Of a stretch of 64,000 nt of DNA, positions 9,738 to 18,813 are shown in pieces. The translations under genes and the position numbers were made by a program. The notes under the pieces are model-generated. The model did not search any database. It was not told the DNA's origin and saw only the letters and a list, made by a program, of their open reading frames with translations. How positions within the stretch are numbered: the first letter of the stretch is position 1; each line of letters begins with the position of its first letter. The stretch comes from a virus (taxonomy: Duplodnaviria; Caudoviricetes), in IMG/VR virus record IMGVR_UViG_2706796350_000001, positions 19,325 to 83,324 of that record; one strand, given 5' to 3'.

Positions 9738-10192
9738 GCTATTCTACTATGGTACTTATGTCTAAGACTCGCGGTAAGCAAATTAAGCCAACCAAGTTGC
9801 AAGCAGTCATACAAGCCGGATTGCCAAAAGACGAATGCTGGCTCTACCCTGGTGCACTCGACAAAGATGGCTATGCCTACGCATATGACCAGACGACAGG
9901 CAAGAGCGGACGCGGTGCACGAATTGCCTATCGACTCACATTTGGTGATGTGCCAGACGACATGGTGGTAGATCACGTGTCGGCTCGAAATTGTGTAAGC
10001 CGAGCTTGCGTAAACCCCTACCATCTTGAAGCTGTATCACAGGCCACGAATGTCCAGCGATCAAAGAGTTCAACGAAACGATCCTGCAAGCATGGGCATG
10101 TGTACACCAAAGCAAACACCTATTACACCAAAGAGGGATGGCGGCAGTGTCGCGTTTGTCAACGACGACGTAGTAAGCGTAGGGAGCCGTAA
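9734..10192 (+). mobile_element. Free-standing HNH endonuclease in the tail module
   Basis: DHV....CV..ACVNP.HLEAVS...N (HNH) plus C-terminal CKHGH...NTY...GWRQCRVC; visibly more AT-rich codons than neighbours. Confidence 0.9.
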
Positions 10193-10193
10193 C

Positions 10194-11555
10194 ATGGTCG
10201 GCTTTAGCCCGTTCTTCAACGAGTTGGTGATCGAGGGCGGTAAGCCGCTGGGTGCAACTACCGCTCAGATGTTGCTGTCTGCCAGCTACTCGTTTGGCAT
10301 CGACAGTAACTCCGACATGACCTTCGAGATGCTTGACCCGAACTACGCCTACCTCACGTCGTTCTCTGGCGATCGTGGACCTATCGGCAAAGGGGCCAAG
10401 TATGACAACATCTCGTACACGGTCAGCGGGTTCAGTGCTACCGGAGGACCGGCAGGCAACGGTGCAGTCACATACAAACTGCAACCTCTTGCGATTGAGA
10501 AGCTGCGTAAGATCACCGGACCACTGAATCGCAAGAACATCAGCGCCTCCCAGTACGTCATCGACGCGGCCAAGCGACAGAAACTCAACGTCGTCGCGCA
10601 ACCGTCGTCCAAGAAACCGTCGATCGAGCGCGATACGAAAGACGGCCTCGGTAGCGGCGACGAGCGCAACGAATGGACCACCATCCTCGGTTTGGCCGGG
10701 GAAGAAGGCTATATCGCGTACGAGTGCCTGAACACCCTGTACTTCGCGTCCCCTAAGTGGCTCTTCGAGAACCGCCCGAACGTGAACGTCTATTGGGCCG
10801 GTGCACTCAACACGATTGGTAGTTCGCGCAAGCATGCAATGCTCAAAGCACCTGACGTTGGGTTCGGTAGCCAGAACACCGAAGACGAGATCGGCTTCAG
10901 TCTTCCGATCGAAGCGGCGGGAAGTATCCTCCCAGGCCACACGATCACCGTTCATGGTGTACCAAAGATCGCCAAGAAGCTCTTGGTTACAGAAGTCACG
11001 TATCCCGTTGCAGGGCAGGGAGACTTCACGGTCAAAGCCAAAATGCCATGGACGGTCGAGAAGTCCGAGCGTCGGAAGCCACAACCACCTATGGACATCG
11101 GCACGATCGGTGGAGGTGGACGCGGCGGTGTCGGTATGGGCGGTAGCGGTAAGGGAAAGAGGTTCTACGCTACTGAGATTTGCAATGCCGCAAAGGAACG
11201 CAACCTCGGTCGCGATGGTGCGCGTAACGGGATCGCTACGGCACTTGTCGAGACCAACCTAACGATGTATGCCAACTACGCAGTTCCCGAATCTCTGAAG
11301 TACCCGCACGACGCGGTTGGTAGTGACCACGACTCCGTGGGACTGTTCCAGCAGCGACAGGCCGGTTGGGGAACACTCGCTCAGCGCATGAATCCACGTG
11401 CCTCGGCTGGTCTGTTCTTCAACAAGATGATGACGTTCAACTGGCGAGCAATGGACCCTGGTGCCGCGTGCCAGCGAGTCCAGGTGTCCGCCTACCCCGG
11501 TCGGTATTCGCAGCGCATGGGCGAGGCGAATCAGTGGGTCGCACAGGTTTACTGA
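10194..11555 (+). CDS. Baseplate hub protein 1 with C-terminal lysozyme-like / transglycosylase domain
   Basis: Start reassigned to ATG 10194 (SD AGGGAG). gp27/gpD-like hub region; Gly linker; IATALVET...HDSVGLFQQR..GWG...RM.P..SA..FF hydrolase-type motif. Confidence 0.75.
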   Translation: MVGFSPFFNELVIEGGKPLGATTAQMLLSASYSFGIDSNSDMTFEMLDPNYAYLTSFSGDRGPIGKGAKYDNISYTVSGFSATGGPAGNGAVTYKLQPLAIEKLRKITGPLNRKNISASQYVIDAAKRQKLNVVAQPSSKKPSIERDTKDGLGSGDERNEWTTILGLAGEEGYIAYECLNTLYFASPKWLFENRPNVNVYWAGALNTIGSSRKHAMLKAPDVGFGSQNTEDEIGFSLPIEAAGSILPGHTITVHGVPKIAKKLLVTEVTYPVAGQGDFTVKAKMPWTVEKSERRKPQPPMDIGTIGGGGRGGVGMGGSGKGKRFYATEICNAAKERNLGRDGARNGIATALVETNLTMYANYAVPESLKYPHDAVGSDHDSVGLFQQRQAGWGTLAQRMNPRASAGLFFNKMMTFNWRAMDPGAACQRVQVSAYPGRYSQRMGEANQWVAQVY

Positions 11556-11570
11556 TAAAGGGCAAATGAA

Positions 11571-12917
11571 ATGACTAACACCAATCTCTTCCAGCGTCTC
11601 ACCGTCGAAGGTGGCGGTTACCGCAAGGACACAGAGCGCATGCTCTTGTCTGCCGATCTGTCGCTAACGACCGACCAGGCGTCCGAGATGAGCTTCGCCC
11701 TCAACGATCCGAACTGGGCGTTCATCGAGTCGTTCAAGGGTGATCGCGGTCCGATCGGCAAGAAAGCCATGTACGGCACCTCGATGCCGTTGTTCGTGTC
11801 CAGTTTCTCTCTCGACGGCGGTCCGTCCGGCTTGGGCGGCACCACTCTGAAGCTGCAACCAGGCGGTATCGGTCGCGCACGCAACATCAAGGGTGCACTC
11901 AACCGACAGAACATCAGTGCTACGCAATATGCGAAAGACGCCGCCGCTCACTGTGGCATGAAGTTCATCGGACAGGACACCAAGAAACGACCATCGATCG
12001 CTCGTGACGTGGCAAGCAAGGAAGACAAGAACGCGGAAGCGAATGAGTGGACCACGCTGAAGCGACTTGCGGGTGAAGAGGGTTATCTGCTTTACGAATC
12101 CCTGAACACGTTGTACTTCGCCACCCCGCAGTGGCTCTTCGACAAGCAGCCGACCATTACCGTTGGCTGGGGCACCTCAGTCAGTAACGACATCTTCCGG
12201 CTGATGGATTTGCCAGACATCGAGATGTCGACTTCGCAAAAGACAGACGATACGATCTCGTTCACGCTGCCGATTGAAGCTGCGGGAAAGATCATGCCTG
12301 GTAATGGGATTCTCGTAAAGGGAATCTTCAAGGCCATGTCGGACAAGAAGATGCTCGTTACCGAAGTCAGCTATCCGCTGGCTGGTCTCGGTGATGTTCA
12401 GGTCAAGGCGCGGTACCCGTGGAAGGTCGAGAAACAGGAGGCCGGGTCGACAGGGGCTAAGAGGCCGGGTGGCGGTACTGGTGCCGGTTCTGGTCTGGCA
12501 GGCAACACGGATGGCGAGCGGGCGTGCAACGCATGTCTGAAGTGGGTCGGTAAGGCTCCGTATGCGTGGGGTGGCGGCGGGTACAACGGTCCGACTCGGG
12601 GCATCCGCGATGGCGGATACGCCGATCAGATGGGCGATTACAACAAGGTTGGGTTCGACTGCTCTGGTCTGATGCAGTACGGCTGGTACCAAGGCTCCCG
12701 TGGTCGCGTGAAGCTACCGCGTGTTACGTACGCTCAGAAAAACGCTGGACCTCAGATTCCCGCAGGCAATGCGCGCCCAGGCGATCTGCTCTTGTCGAAC
12801 GGTGATGGGCACGTGGGTATGTATATCGGCGGTGGGAAGATGGTGGAAGCTCAGATGTCAGGAACGATGGTCATGGTCTCTAAGATGAGAGCTTCATACG
12901 CAGTACGAATCACTTAG
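11571..12917 (+). CDS. Baseplate hub protein 2 with C-terminal NlpC/P60 peptidase
   Basis: Paralogous to hub 1 over the N-terminal part; G.PY.WGG, GFDCSGLMQY and HVGMY catalytic Cys/His motifs. Confidence 0.85.
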   Translation: MTNTNLFQRLTVEGGGYRKDTERMLLSADLSLTTDQASEMSFALNDPNWAFIESFKGDRGPIGKKAMYGTSMPLFVSSFSLDGGPSGLGGTTLKLQPGGIGRARNIKGALNRQNISATQYAKDAAAHCGMKFIGQDTKKRPSIARDVASKEDKNAEANEWTTLKRLAGEEGYLLYESLNTLYFATPQWLFDKQPTITVGWGTSVSNDIFRLMDLPDIEMSTSQKTDDTISFTLPIEAAGKIMPGNGILVKGIFKAMSDKKMLVTEVSYPLAGLGDVQVKARYPWKVEKQEAGSTGAKRPGGGTGAGSGLAGNTDGERACNACLKWVGKAPYAWGGGGYNGPTRGIRDGGYADQMGDYNKVGFDCSGLMQYGWYQGSRGRVKLPRVTYAQKNAGPQIPAGNARPGDLLLSNGDGHVGMYIGGGKMVEAQMSGTMVMVSKMRASYAVRIT

Positions 12918-12929
12918 GAGAGTGGCGAA

Positions 12930-13370
12930 ATGGCAGGCGCGTTCTACGGCGGTGGTCACAGCACCAAGTCGGCCCTCGATGTCGCATTCTGGTGTCAGCA
13001 GAACGTGGCGACCTACTACAGCGAGGGTGACGTGTTCGTACCGCCGTCTGCGCCCGTCGTCGACATGACCCTCGCCTATCAGTCACTGGCATATGCCGTC
13101 GAACAGGCCGGAGCGTTCATCCCCACTGACTACTTCGACCTGATGGCCCTCCTACAGTCCACGAACTCGATCGTGGCCCCAGATGTCGCCGCAAGCACGC
13201 GGGGCGCTCTCCTGATCAACAAGGGGGTCGTTTGCCTGTCCCTCGGGGACCGCCGCCGGATCATCGTGGAAGAGAACTACCGACTCGCTCAGAAGTACAT
13301 GGACCCCGGTATCGACTTCCTCACCACGTTCGAGAACGGCGCACTCATTCCGGGGGTGGCGTACCTGTGA
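12930..13370 (+). CDS. Hypothetical baseplate-region protein
   Basis: 146-aa ORF with SD AGGAG and codon bias. Confidence 0.65.
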   Translation: MAGAFYGGGHSTKSALDVAFWCQQNVATYYSEGDVFVPPSAPVVDMTLAYQSLAYAVEQAGAFIPTDYFDLMALLQSTNSIVAPDVAASTRGALLINKGVVCLSLGDRRRIIVEENYRLAQKYMDPGIDFLTTFENGALIPGVAYL

Positions 13371-13768
13371 GGACTTTCTTCGTCGCTACTGTCGTTGGCA
13401 AATCGGATAACGACTCTGGCTACATGGTGGAAGTGTTCACCGGAGGCCAGGTCGTGACGTATGGACCCATGCACTTCATCGCCGGTACCGACCGCATGTA
13501 CGCATCGGAGTTCGACGGCGGCAACGCGGCCACGCTCCCACCGGCTCCATCGGACATCCGCAACCCCGTGGCTCCCGACCCATACAAGTCCGGCGACAAG
13601 GTTTTGATTGCCAATTACCTATACCGAGACCAATTCATCATCGTCGGGCGGTACGTGGACATGCACCCCGAACCGTACGAGCTGATCCAAGTGGATACAG
13701 ACGGGGACGGCGTTACTGACCTTATTGAACGCAGTTACGAAGACGAGATCGAGGAACCGACACCATGA
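13367..13768 (+). CDS. Putative baseplate spike / gpV-like OB-fold protein
   Basis: GTG 13367 overlaps previous stop; ATVVG...MVEV and GDKVLIA....QFIIVG pattern; sits before gp25-like gene. Confidence 0.55.
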   Translation: MRTFFVATVVGKSDNDSGYMVEVFTGGQVVTYGPMHFIAGTDRMYASEFDGGNAATLPPAPSDIRNPVAPDPYKSGDKVLIANYLYRDQFIIVGRYVDMHPEPYELIQVDTDGDGVTDLIERSYEDEIEEPTP

Positions 13769-14088
13769 GCACGCAACTACTTTCCTTCCCATTCCGCCTG
13801 GACAAGCAGGGATACGCCGTCACGAACGACGACGAGTCCGATGTCTATTGCGCCGAGCGACTGTCCGTTCTCTTGGGAACCAGGCCGGGTGAACGACAGA
13901 TGGCACCAGCCTTCGGAGTCAACGATCCGGCGTTCGAGGGCTTCACCGCTTCGGCACTCTCCGTGCAGGTGGCCCAGTATGGTCTACCCGTAGAGATCAC
14001 ACGCATTCGCCGGTCTTACTTGAACGATGCACAGGAAAACGTGGTCGTCGAGTTCAACATGGCGCAGGGCGCGGTAAGGAGCAATTGA
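13765..14088 (+). CDS. Baseplate wedge protein, gp25/gpW-like
   Basis: LSFPFR, L.VLLGTRPGER.M.P.FG motifs. Confidence 0.88.
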   Translation: MSTQLLSFPFRLDKQGYAVTNDDESDVYCAERLSVLLGTRPGERQMAPAFGVNDPAFEGFTASALSVQVAQYGLPVEITRIRRSYLNDAQENVVVEFNMAQGAVRSN

Positions 14089-14089
14089 T

Positions 14090-15247
14090 ATGACGACCGG
14101 TGGAAGCACGCCCGACCTCTCGCAGTATGTCGAACTGCGGCTGTACGACAAAGACCCCAACGACATCCTCCGTACCGCGATCACGGAGTTGCAATCCCGC
14201 ATGCCGGGGTGGAACCCCCGCGAGGACAACACCGAAGTGATGCTTATGGAGGCACTGGCGGTGGCAGTCAGTGAATCGGTGTATGCGATCAACCGACTCC
14301 CGAACGCGATCATGACCGCCCTGATGCGTCTGTACGGCATCGAGCGGGATGCAGGTGCGTTTGCCACCACCACAGTCGAGTTCCAGGTCGTCAATACGAT
14401 GGGCTACACCATTCCGGCACGCACTCGTCTGTTGCTTCCGCCGGAACAGGGATACGGCAGCACGGTCTTCGAGACCACTGCCGCTCTGACGATCCCATAC
14501 GGCATGACCTCGGGAACGATCCCCGTGACGGCTACTGAGGTTACTGATGTCGTAAACGGTGTCCCGCCAGCCACTCGGTTTCAGGTGCTCGATCAGCTTC
14601 AGTACGTGAATGGTGTGGTCAACACAGAGATCGTGCTGGGTGGCCGCGTCCCCGAGAGTGACAAGGCGTGGTTCAACCGTGGTGTGCAGCGATTCGGGCG
14701 TCTCACCGACACCCTGGTCACCCCGAACCACTTCGAGCTTGCGGCGCTGGAAGACCCGACCGTTCGGCGTGCTCGTGCCCTCGACAACTTCGATTCGACC
14801 CTCGGCACCGGAGTACCGGGCGATCATCCCGGCCACCTGACTCTCGCTCTGTACGGCGACGGCGGCATCATGCCTGCGGTAGAGAAACAAGCCGTCATCG
14901 ACAGCTTCACGACCCGCAAGTTCGCGCCTCTGATCCTTCACACGGTCGATCCGGTGATCACCACCGTGAACGTGAACGTGCGAGTAAAGCCGAATCGTGG
15001 ATACCCGAACGAGCGCGTTGTAGATGCAGTGTCGACGGCGGTCCGCAACTGGCTCAACACAGACGTGTGGCCGTGGAAAGCGACGGTCTACTACAACGAG
15101 CTGATGGGCGTTGTTGCCGAACTTCCAGAAGTCGACTACGTGACGCAGTTGATCGAGCCAGCGAGCGATGTCTACCTGGCTGGTTCCGCTCCCCTCGCCA
15201 ATCTCGGGACGATCAACGTATCGATCGCGAGTGAAGCCAATGTCTAA
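14090..15247 (+). CDS. Baseplate J-like wedge protein
   Basis: G..R..GAFATT.V.F, GG...ESD, T...FE..AL..P.V.RA motifs; 385 aa. Confidence 0.9.
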   Translation: MTTGGSTPDLSQYVELRLYDKDPNDILRTAITELQSRMPGWNPREDNTEVMLMEALAVAVSESVYAINRLPNAIMTALMRLYGIERDAGAFATTTVEFQVVNTMGYTIPARTRLLLPPEQGYGSTVFETTAALTIPYGMTSGTIPVTATEVTDVVNGVPPATRFQVLDQLQYVNGVVNTEIVLGGRVPESDKAWFNRGVQRFGRLTDTLVTPNHFELAALEDPTVRRARALDNFDSTLGTGVPGDHPGHLTLALYGDGGIMPAVEKQAVIDSFTTRKFAPLILHTVDPVITTVNVNVRVKPNRGYPNERVVDAVSTAVRNWLNTDVWPWKATVYYNELMGVVAELPEVDYVTQLIEPASDVYLAGSAPLANLGTINVSIASEANV

Positions 15248-16412
15248 CGAACCGATCTACAGCGTCACTACGGAGCGTATCTACGACAAGTTGCCGGACG
15301 TGTACCGGGAGACCGATGCACAGCAGGACTACGCGTTCAAGCGGTACATCTCATCGTTGGGTGACATCTTGGGTGATGTCGACTTGCTCATCGAGCGATT
15401 TCGGTACCGTTCACAGATCGAGCTGGAATACCGAAAGCGTTACGCACAGCGGCATACCCGTTACGAGCATCCGAACCGGATTGCCAACGCCCCGGTACTC
15501 GGGTCTACGTCTGATCTGGTCGACCCGCGTTCAGCCGACAAGGAATGGTTGATGTGGCTCGGTCAGCTTGTCGGCGTTCAGGTCGGAGTGAACGACACCG
15601 ACTACGACACTCGCGACTCGATCTACTACGCGTCCGCCGGTTATCGTGCGGGGTCCAAAGACGCTCTCGAAAAAGCCGCTCGCAGTGTACTGAGTGGTTC
15701 TCGGTATGCGGTGGCGCTGCCGCACACCAAGGTCGTCAGCGGACAGCTCGTGCCGGGTACAGTCTGGGACTTGACGATGCTCACTCGACAGGATGAATCC
15801 CCGTCGTCGTTCATCCTCTTGCAGGCGGTGAACAAGCCGAACTTGAAGCCTGCGGGTGTGCGCCTCTATCACCGCACCTACACGGCGTCTTGGGATGCTC
15901 TGGAAGCGGCACTGCCCTACTGGAACGACTGGAACACCTCGACATGGGGCCAGATCGAAATGGCGGGTATCTCGTACACCGGTATCGCAGGGAACGTCAT
16001 CACCAACCCGTCGTTCGAGGAAAACATCGACGGATGGACCGCAAGCGGTGCCATCACTCTCACTCGAAGCGGTGGTGGTGTGGACGGCACCGGATACCTC
16101 CGTGGCGACATGTCCGGCACTGGTGCCAAGGCGATCACTTCGCCGACGTTTGCCATGACGGCTAACGAGGCGTGGGTGTACGGGTTCACATACCGATGCA
16201 CTGTCCCGAGCCGCGTCGAACTCATGCTGGCCGACACCGTTGTGGTGACGACTCCACTTGATGCGACAGGCCCGAACGAGTGGAAGCGACTCAACACGGG
16301 AATCATCCCGACAGATGCGGGAAATTACAAACTGAGAATCGCCAGCGATAATGGTGACGTGAACACGTCGATCAGTCTCGATGCGTTCCTCGTTCGCAAA
16401 GCAGCAAGCTAA
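15240..16412 (+). CDS. Baseplate wedge protein (P2 gpI-like) with C-terminal carbohydrate-binding-like domain
   Basis: ATG 15240; YDKLPDVYRETD, DP.SAD.EWL.WLGQLVG, KPAGV motifs; C-terminal NVITNPSFE..IDGWT...LDAF (CBM4/9-like). Confidence 0.75.
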   Translation: MSNEPIYSVTTERIYDKLPDVYRETDAQQDYAFKRYISSLGDILGDVDLLIERFRYRSQIELEYRKRYAQRHTRYEHPNRIANAPVLGSTSDLVDPRSADKEWLMWLGQLVGVQVGVNDTDYDTRDSIYYASAGYRAGSKDALEKAARSVLSGSRYAVALPHTKVVSGQLVPGTVWDLTMLTRQDESPSSFILLQAVNKPNLKPAGVRLYHRTYTASWDALEAALPYWNDWNTSTWGQIEMAGISYTGIAGNVITNPSFEENIDGWTASGAITLTRSGGGVDGTGYLRGDMSGTGAKAITSPTFAMTANEAWVYGFTYRCTVPSRVELMLADTVVVTTPLDATGPNEWKRLNTGIIPTDAGNYKLRIASDNGDVNTSISLDAFLVRKAAS

Positions 16413-16429
16413 CTAAGGGAGATTGAGAG

Positions 16430-18412
16430 ATGACTGAAACACGCACCCCACGGATGCGACTCCCGCAGTGGTCGTCGGGTACTACCGATTCGCCGTCGCG
16501 GGAAGACTTCAACGAGGCGTTCTTCAACCTGGAAAAGTGGGCAGGCCGTTTCGAGTATGGCCCGCTCGATGATCGCCCGTCGCCGGAAGTCGAGGGGCGG
16601 TACTACGTTGACACTGATGGTGTGATCTACCGCGACACCGGCACTCAGTGGGCACAGGTCGGGTTCCCCAAGAACGCGGTGAAGATCACCAAGACCGAGG
16701 GCAACGATCCGGCATTGTGGATCGACCTCCCCGCAGGCACGACCGCCGATGCGATCCGAACGACTCACGACAACAAGAATCGTTTCCGCGTACAGGCAAA
16801 CGGTGATGTCGTGGCGTCGTCCACTCGGCTGTACCAGTCGGATGCAGCGGCCCCCGCGAACAACCTCCCTCACACGGTCGGCGTCACGTCGAAGTCGGCC
16901 AATGCGTCGGGAGTGACGGTCTACGGTGCGATGGCGCAGTCCGGCAACCTCATCGAGACGAAGACCTCGACAAGCGCGGACCTAACGCAGATCACGGCCA
17001 GCGGTGATGTGAACACCCTCGGTCGTCTGATGGCCGGTTCGCTCACCCCGCAGGACGCTCAGCTCTACATTCAGAACTCGGGCACCACACGCCCCGCACT
17101 GTTGGCGCGAACCAACACCACTCTGCCGAATGCGAACACGGCAGTCGCAGTCGAGAACCAGTCCGGTGCTACTCAGCTTCTGAAGTTGGATAACAGCGGT
17201 CGACTTGCCGTTGGTAATCGAGACAACAAGGCGATCAATGCAGCGGACAACGTTGCGGTCAACTCGAACTACACCGCGACCAACTCGGGCACCAGTTCGC
17301 TGATTCAGGCACAGCTCGTCTTCCGCAACACGGCAAGCGGGTTCGGTGTCGGCGGTCTCGTGGTCCGCCAGCAGCCCGGTGATACGTCGGCGGGATCGAG
17401 TCTTGGTGTCGTGGCCGGTACGGCGGGTGCCGATGGTCTGGCCCCCGAGCGTGTTCGTTTCGGTGTGAACGACGCCAAGCACGGCGCACGGTTCGTCGCC
17501 AACGAGCCTGATTGGGCACCTGTCGTCGTTCGTGGTGCGGTGAGTCAGGCCGCAGACCTTCTCCTGGCCCAGGACAGCGACGAGAACAAGGTGGCCGGTA
17601 TCAACTACCGGGGTGACGGTGTTCTTCGCTCTCTGGCGACTACAGGCACCGGTTTGAACGCCTTCAGTGGACCGATCACGTCGGCGGGAGAGATTCAGGG
17701 CACGAACCTGCGAGTTATCCAGGGATCGGGCAACAACGCGGGGGTTCTCTCCCAGATCAAAACGACGGCCACCACCGGACAGCACTTTCTCGCTCAGGAC
17801 GAGAACGGTGCGGCGAAAGCACGTCTGAACCGAGACGGAACTCTCGAAATCGGTATGGACACCAACGCAGTTGCCGCCGGTGCCGTCCTCTTGACGATGC
17901 GCGGCCAGCAGTACCGCCAGAACGGGCGCAAGTTGCAGAGTTACGACCAGGCAGCACAGCGGTGGTCGACGTTCGAGTCTGCGTTCGCCGCCGAGTACTA
18001 CACGCAGACTTCGCAGAGCGTGAAGAACGCATGGGTGGCGATCAACTGGTTCGGTGAGACCAACGACACCGAGAACGCATTCGGATTCACCAGCGGGAGT
18101 TCCAAGATCACGGTGCCGTTCACCGGTTGGTACGACGTGCGTGCTCTGGCCCACTGCTCGATGAACTTCACAGGAGCCGGTTCTGCCACTTTCCGAATCA
18201 ACAACAACCTCGAACTGAAGTACCGCCGTGACTACGCGAAAGCAGTCGGCTTCGATGTCGTCACTCTCTCGCTGAACGACCTGGTTTACCTGAATGCCAA
18301 TGACACATTGGAGTTCATGATCCAGATCGACTCGTTCTTCTTCACGGCCAATACCCTGAACTCGGGGGACTACCGATCGCGCTGTGCGATTCGCTTTGCC
18401 GGATACGCCTGA
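16430..18412 (+). CDS. Tail fibre / receptor-binding protein with C1q/TNF-like C-terminal head
   Basis: T.TPRMRLPQW N-terminal anchor, repeated beta modules, C-terminal KITVPFTGWYDV...LVYLNANDTLEF. Confidence 0.75.
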   Translation: MTETRTPRMRLPQWSSGTTDSPSREDFNEAFFNLEKWAGRFEYGPLDDRPSPEVEGRYYVDTDGVIYRDTGTQWAQVGFPKNAVKITKTEGNDPALWIDLPAGTTADAIRTTHDNKNRFRVQANGDVVASSTRLYQSDAAAPANNLPHTVGVTSKSANASGVTVYGAMAQSGNLIETKTSTSADLTQITASGDVNTLGRLMAGSLTPQDAQLYIQNSGTTRPALLARTNTTLPNANTAVAVENQSGATQLLKLDNSGRLAVGNRDNKAINAADNVAVNSNYTATNSGTSSLIQAQLVFRNTASGFGVGGLVVRQQPGDTSAGSSLGVVAGTAGADGLAPERVRFGVNDAKHGARFVANEPDWAPVVVRGAVSQAADLLLAQDSDENKVAGINYRGDGVLRSLATTGTGLNAFSGPITSAGEIQGTNLRVIQGSGNNAGVLSQIKTTATTGQHFLAQDENGAAKARLNRDGTLEIGMDTNAVAAGAVLLTMRGQQYRQNGRKLQSYDQAAQRWSTFESAFAAEYYTQTSQSVKNAWVAINWFGETNDTENAFGFTSGSSKITVPFTGWYDVRALAHCSMNFTGAGSATFRINNNLELKYRRDYAKAVGFDVVTLSLNDLVYLNANDTLEFMIQIDSFFFTANTLNSGDYRSRCAIRFAGYA

Positions 18413-18444
18413 TGAGCTGGAACATCAAACAGGAAAGAGAAGAA

Positions 18445-18813
18445 ATGGACATCGTGGATAACCGATCGATTAGCAAAGACTCCACCCTCATCGACAGCGA
18501 AGTCGTCGATGGTGCAGACGTGAAGGAGTGGGGGCCGGAAGACGGCAACGAGACCCCGAACCCCGAACCGTCGCTGAGCTTCGGCACCAAGGCGGTCTTG
18601 TCTGGTGAAGAGACGCGGCAGATCATCCTCGACCGGATCAAGGAGCACGAGTCGACGATCGCCGCTGAAGAGTGCTTGCTGTTCGAGTGCCAGCACGGGC
18701 AGTCGGAGTCGGCCAAAGAGGAACTGACGGCCCGAATCGCAGCACGATACGACCTCGTGCAGGCGTACGTGAACGAGTACAACCGTATTTACGGAGGTTC
18801 TGAAAATGGCTGA
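18445..18813 (+). CDS. Hypothetical protein after tail fibre (possible fibre chaperone)
   Basis: SD AGGAAAG before ATG 18445; alternative start 18412 overlaps the fibre stop. Confidence 0.6.
   Translation: MDIVDNRSISKDSTLIDSEVVDGADVKEWGPEDGNETPNPEPSLSFGTKAVLSGEETRQIILDRIKEHESTIAAEECLLFECQHGQSESAKEELTARIAARYDLVQAYVNEYNRIYGGSENG

Noticed and set aside
10026-10193. N-terminal extension of hub 1 given by the ORF track (similarly the 5-prime extensions at 13232, 15168, 21577, 22320, 22651, 29869, 38420, 41788, 50398)
   Set aside because: They overlap real upstream genes; downstream starts have SD sequences or stop-start coupling
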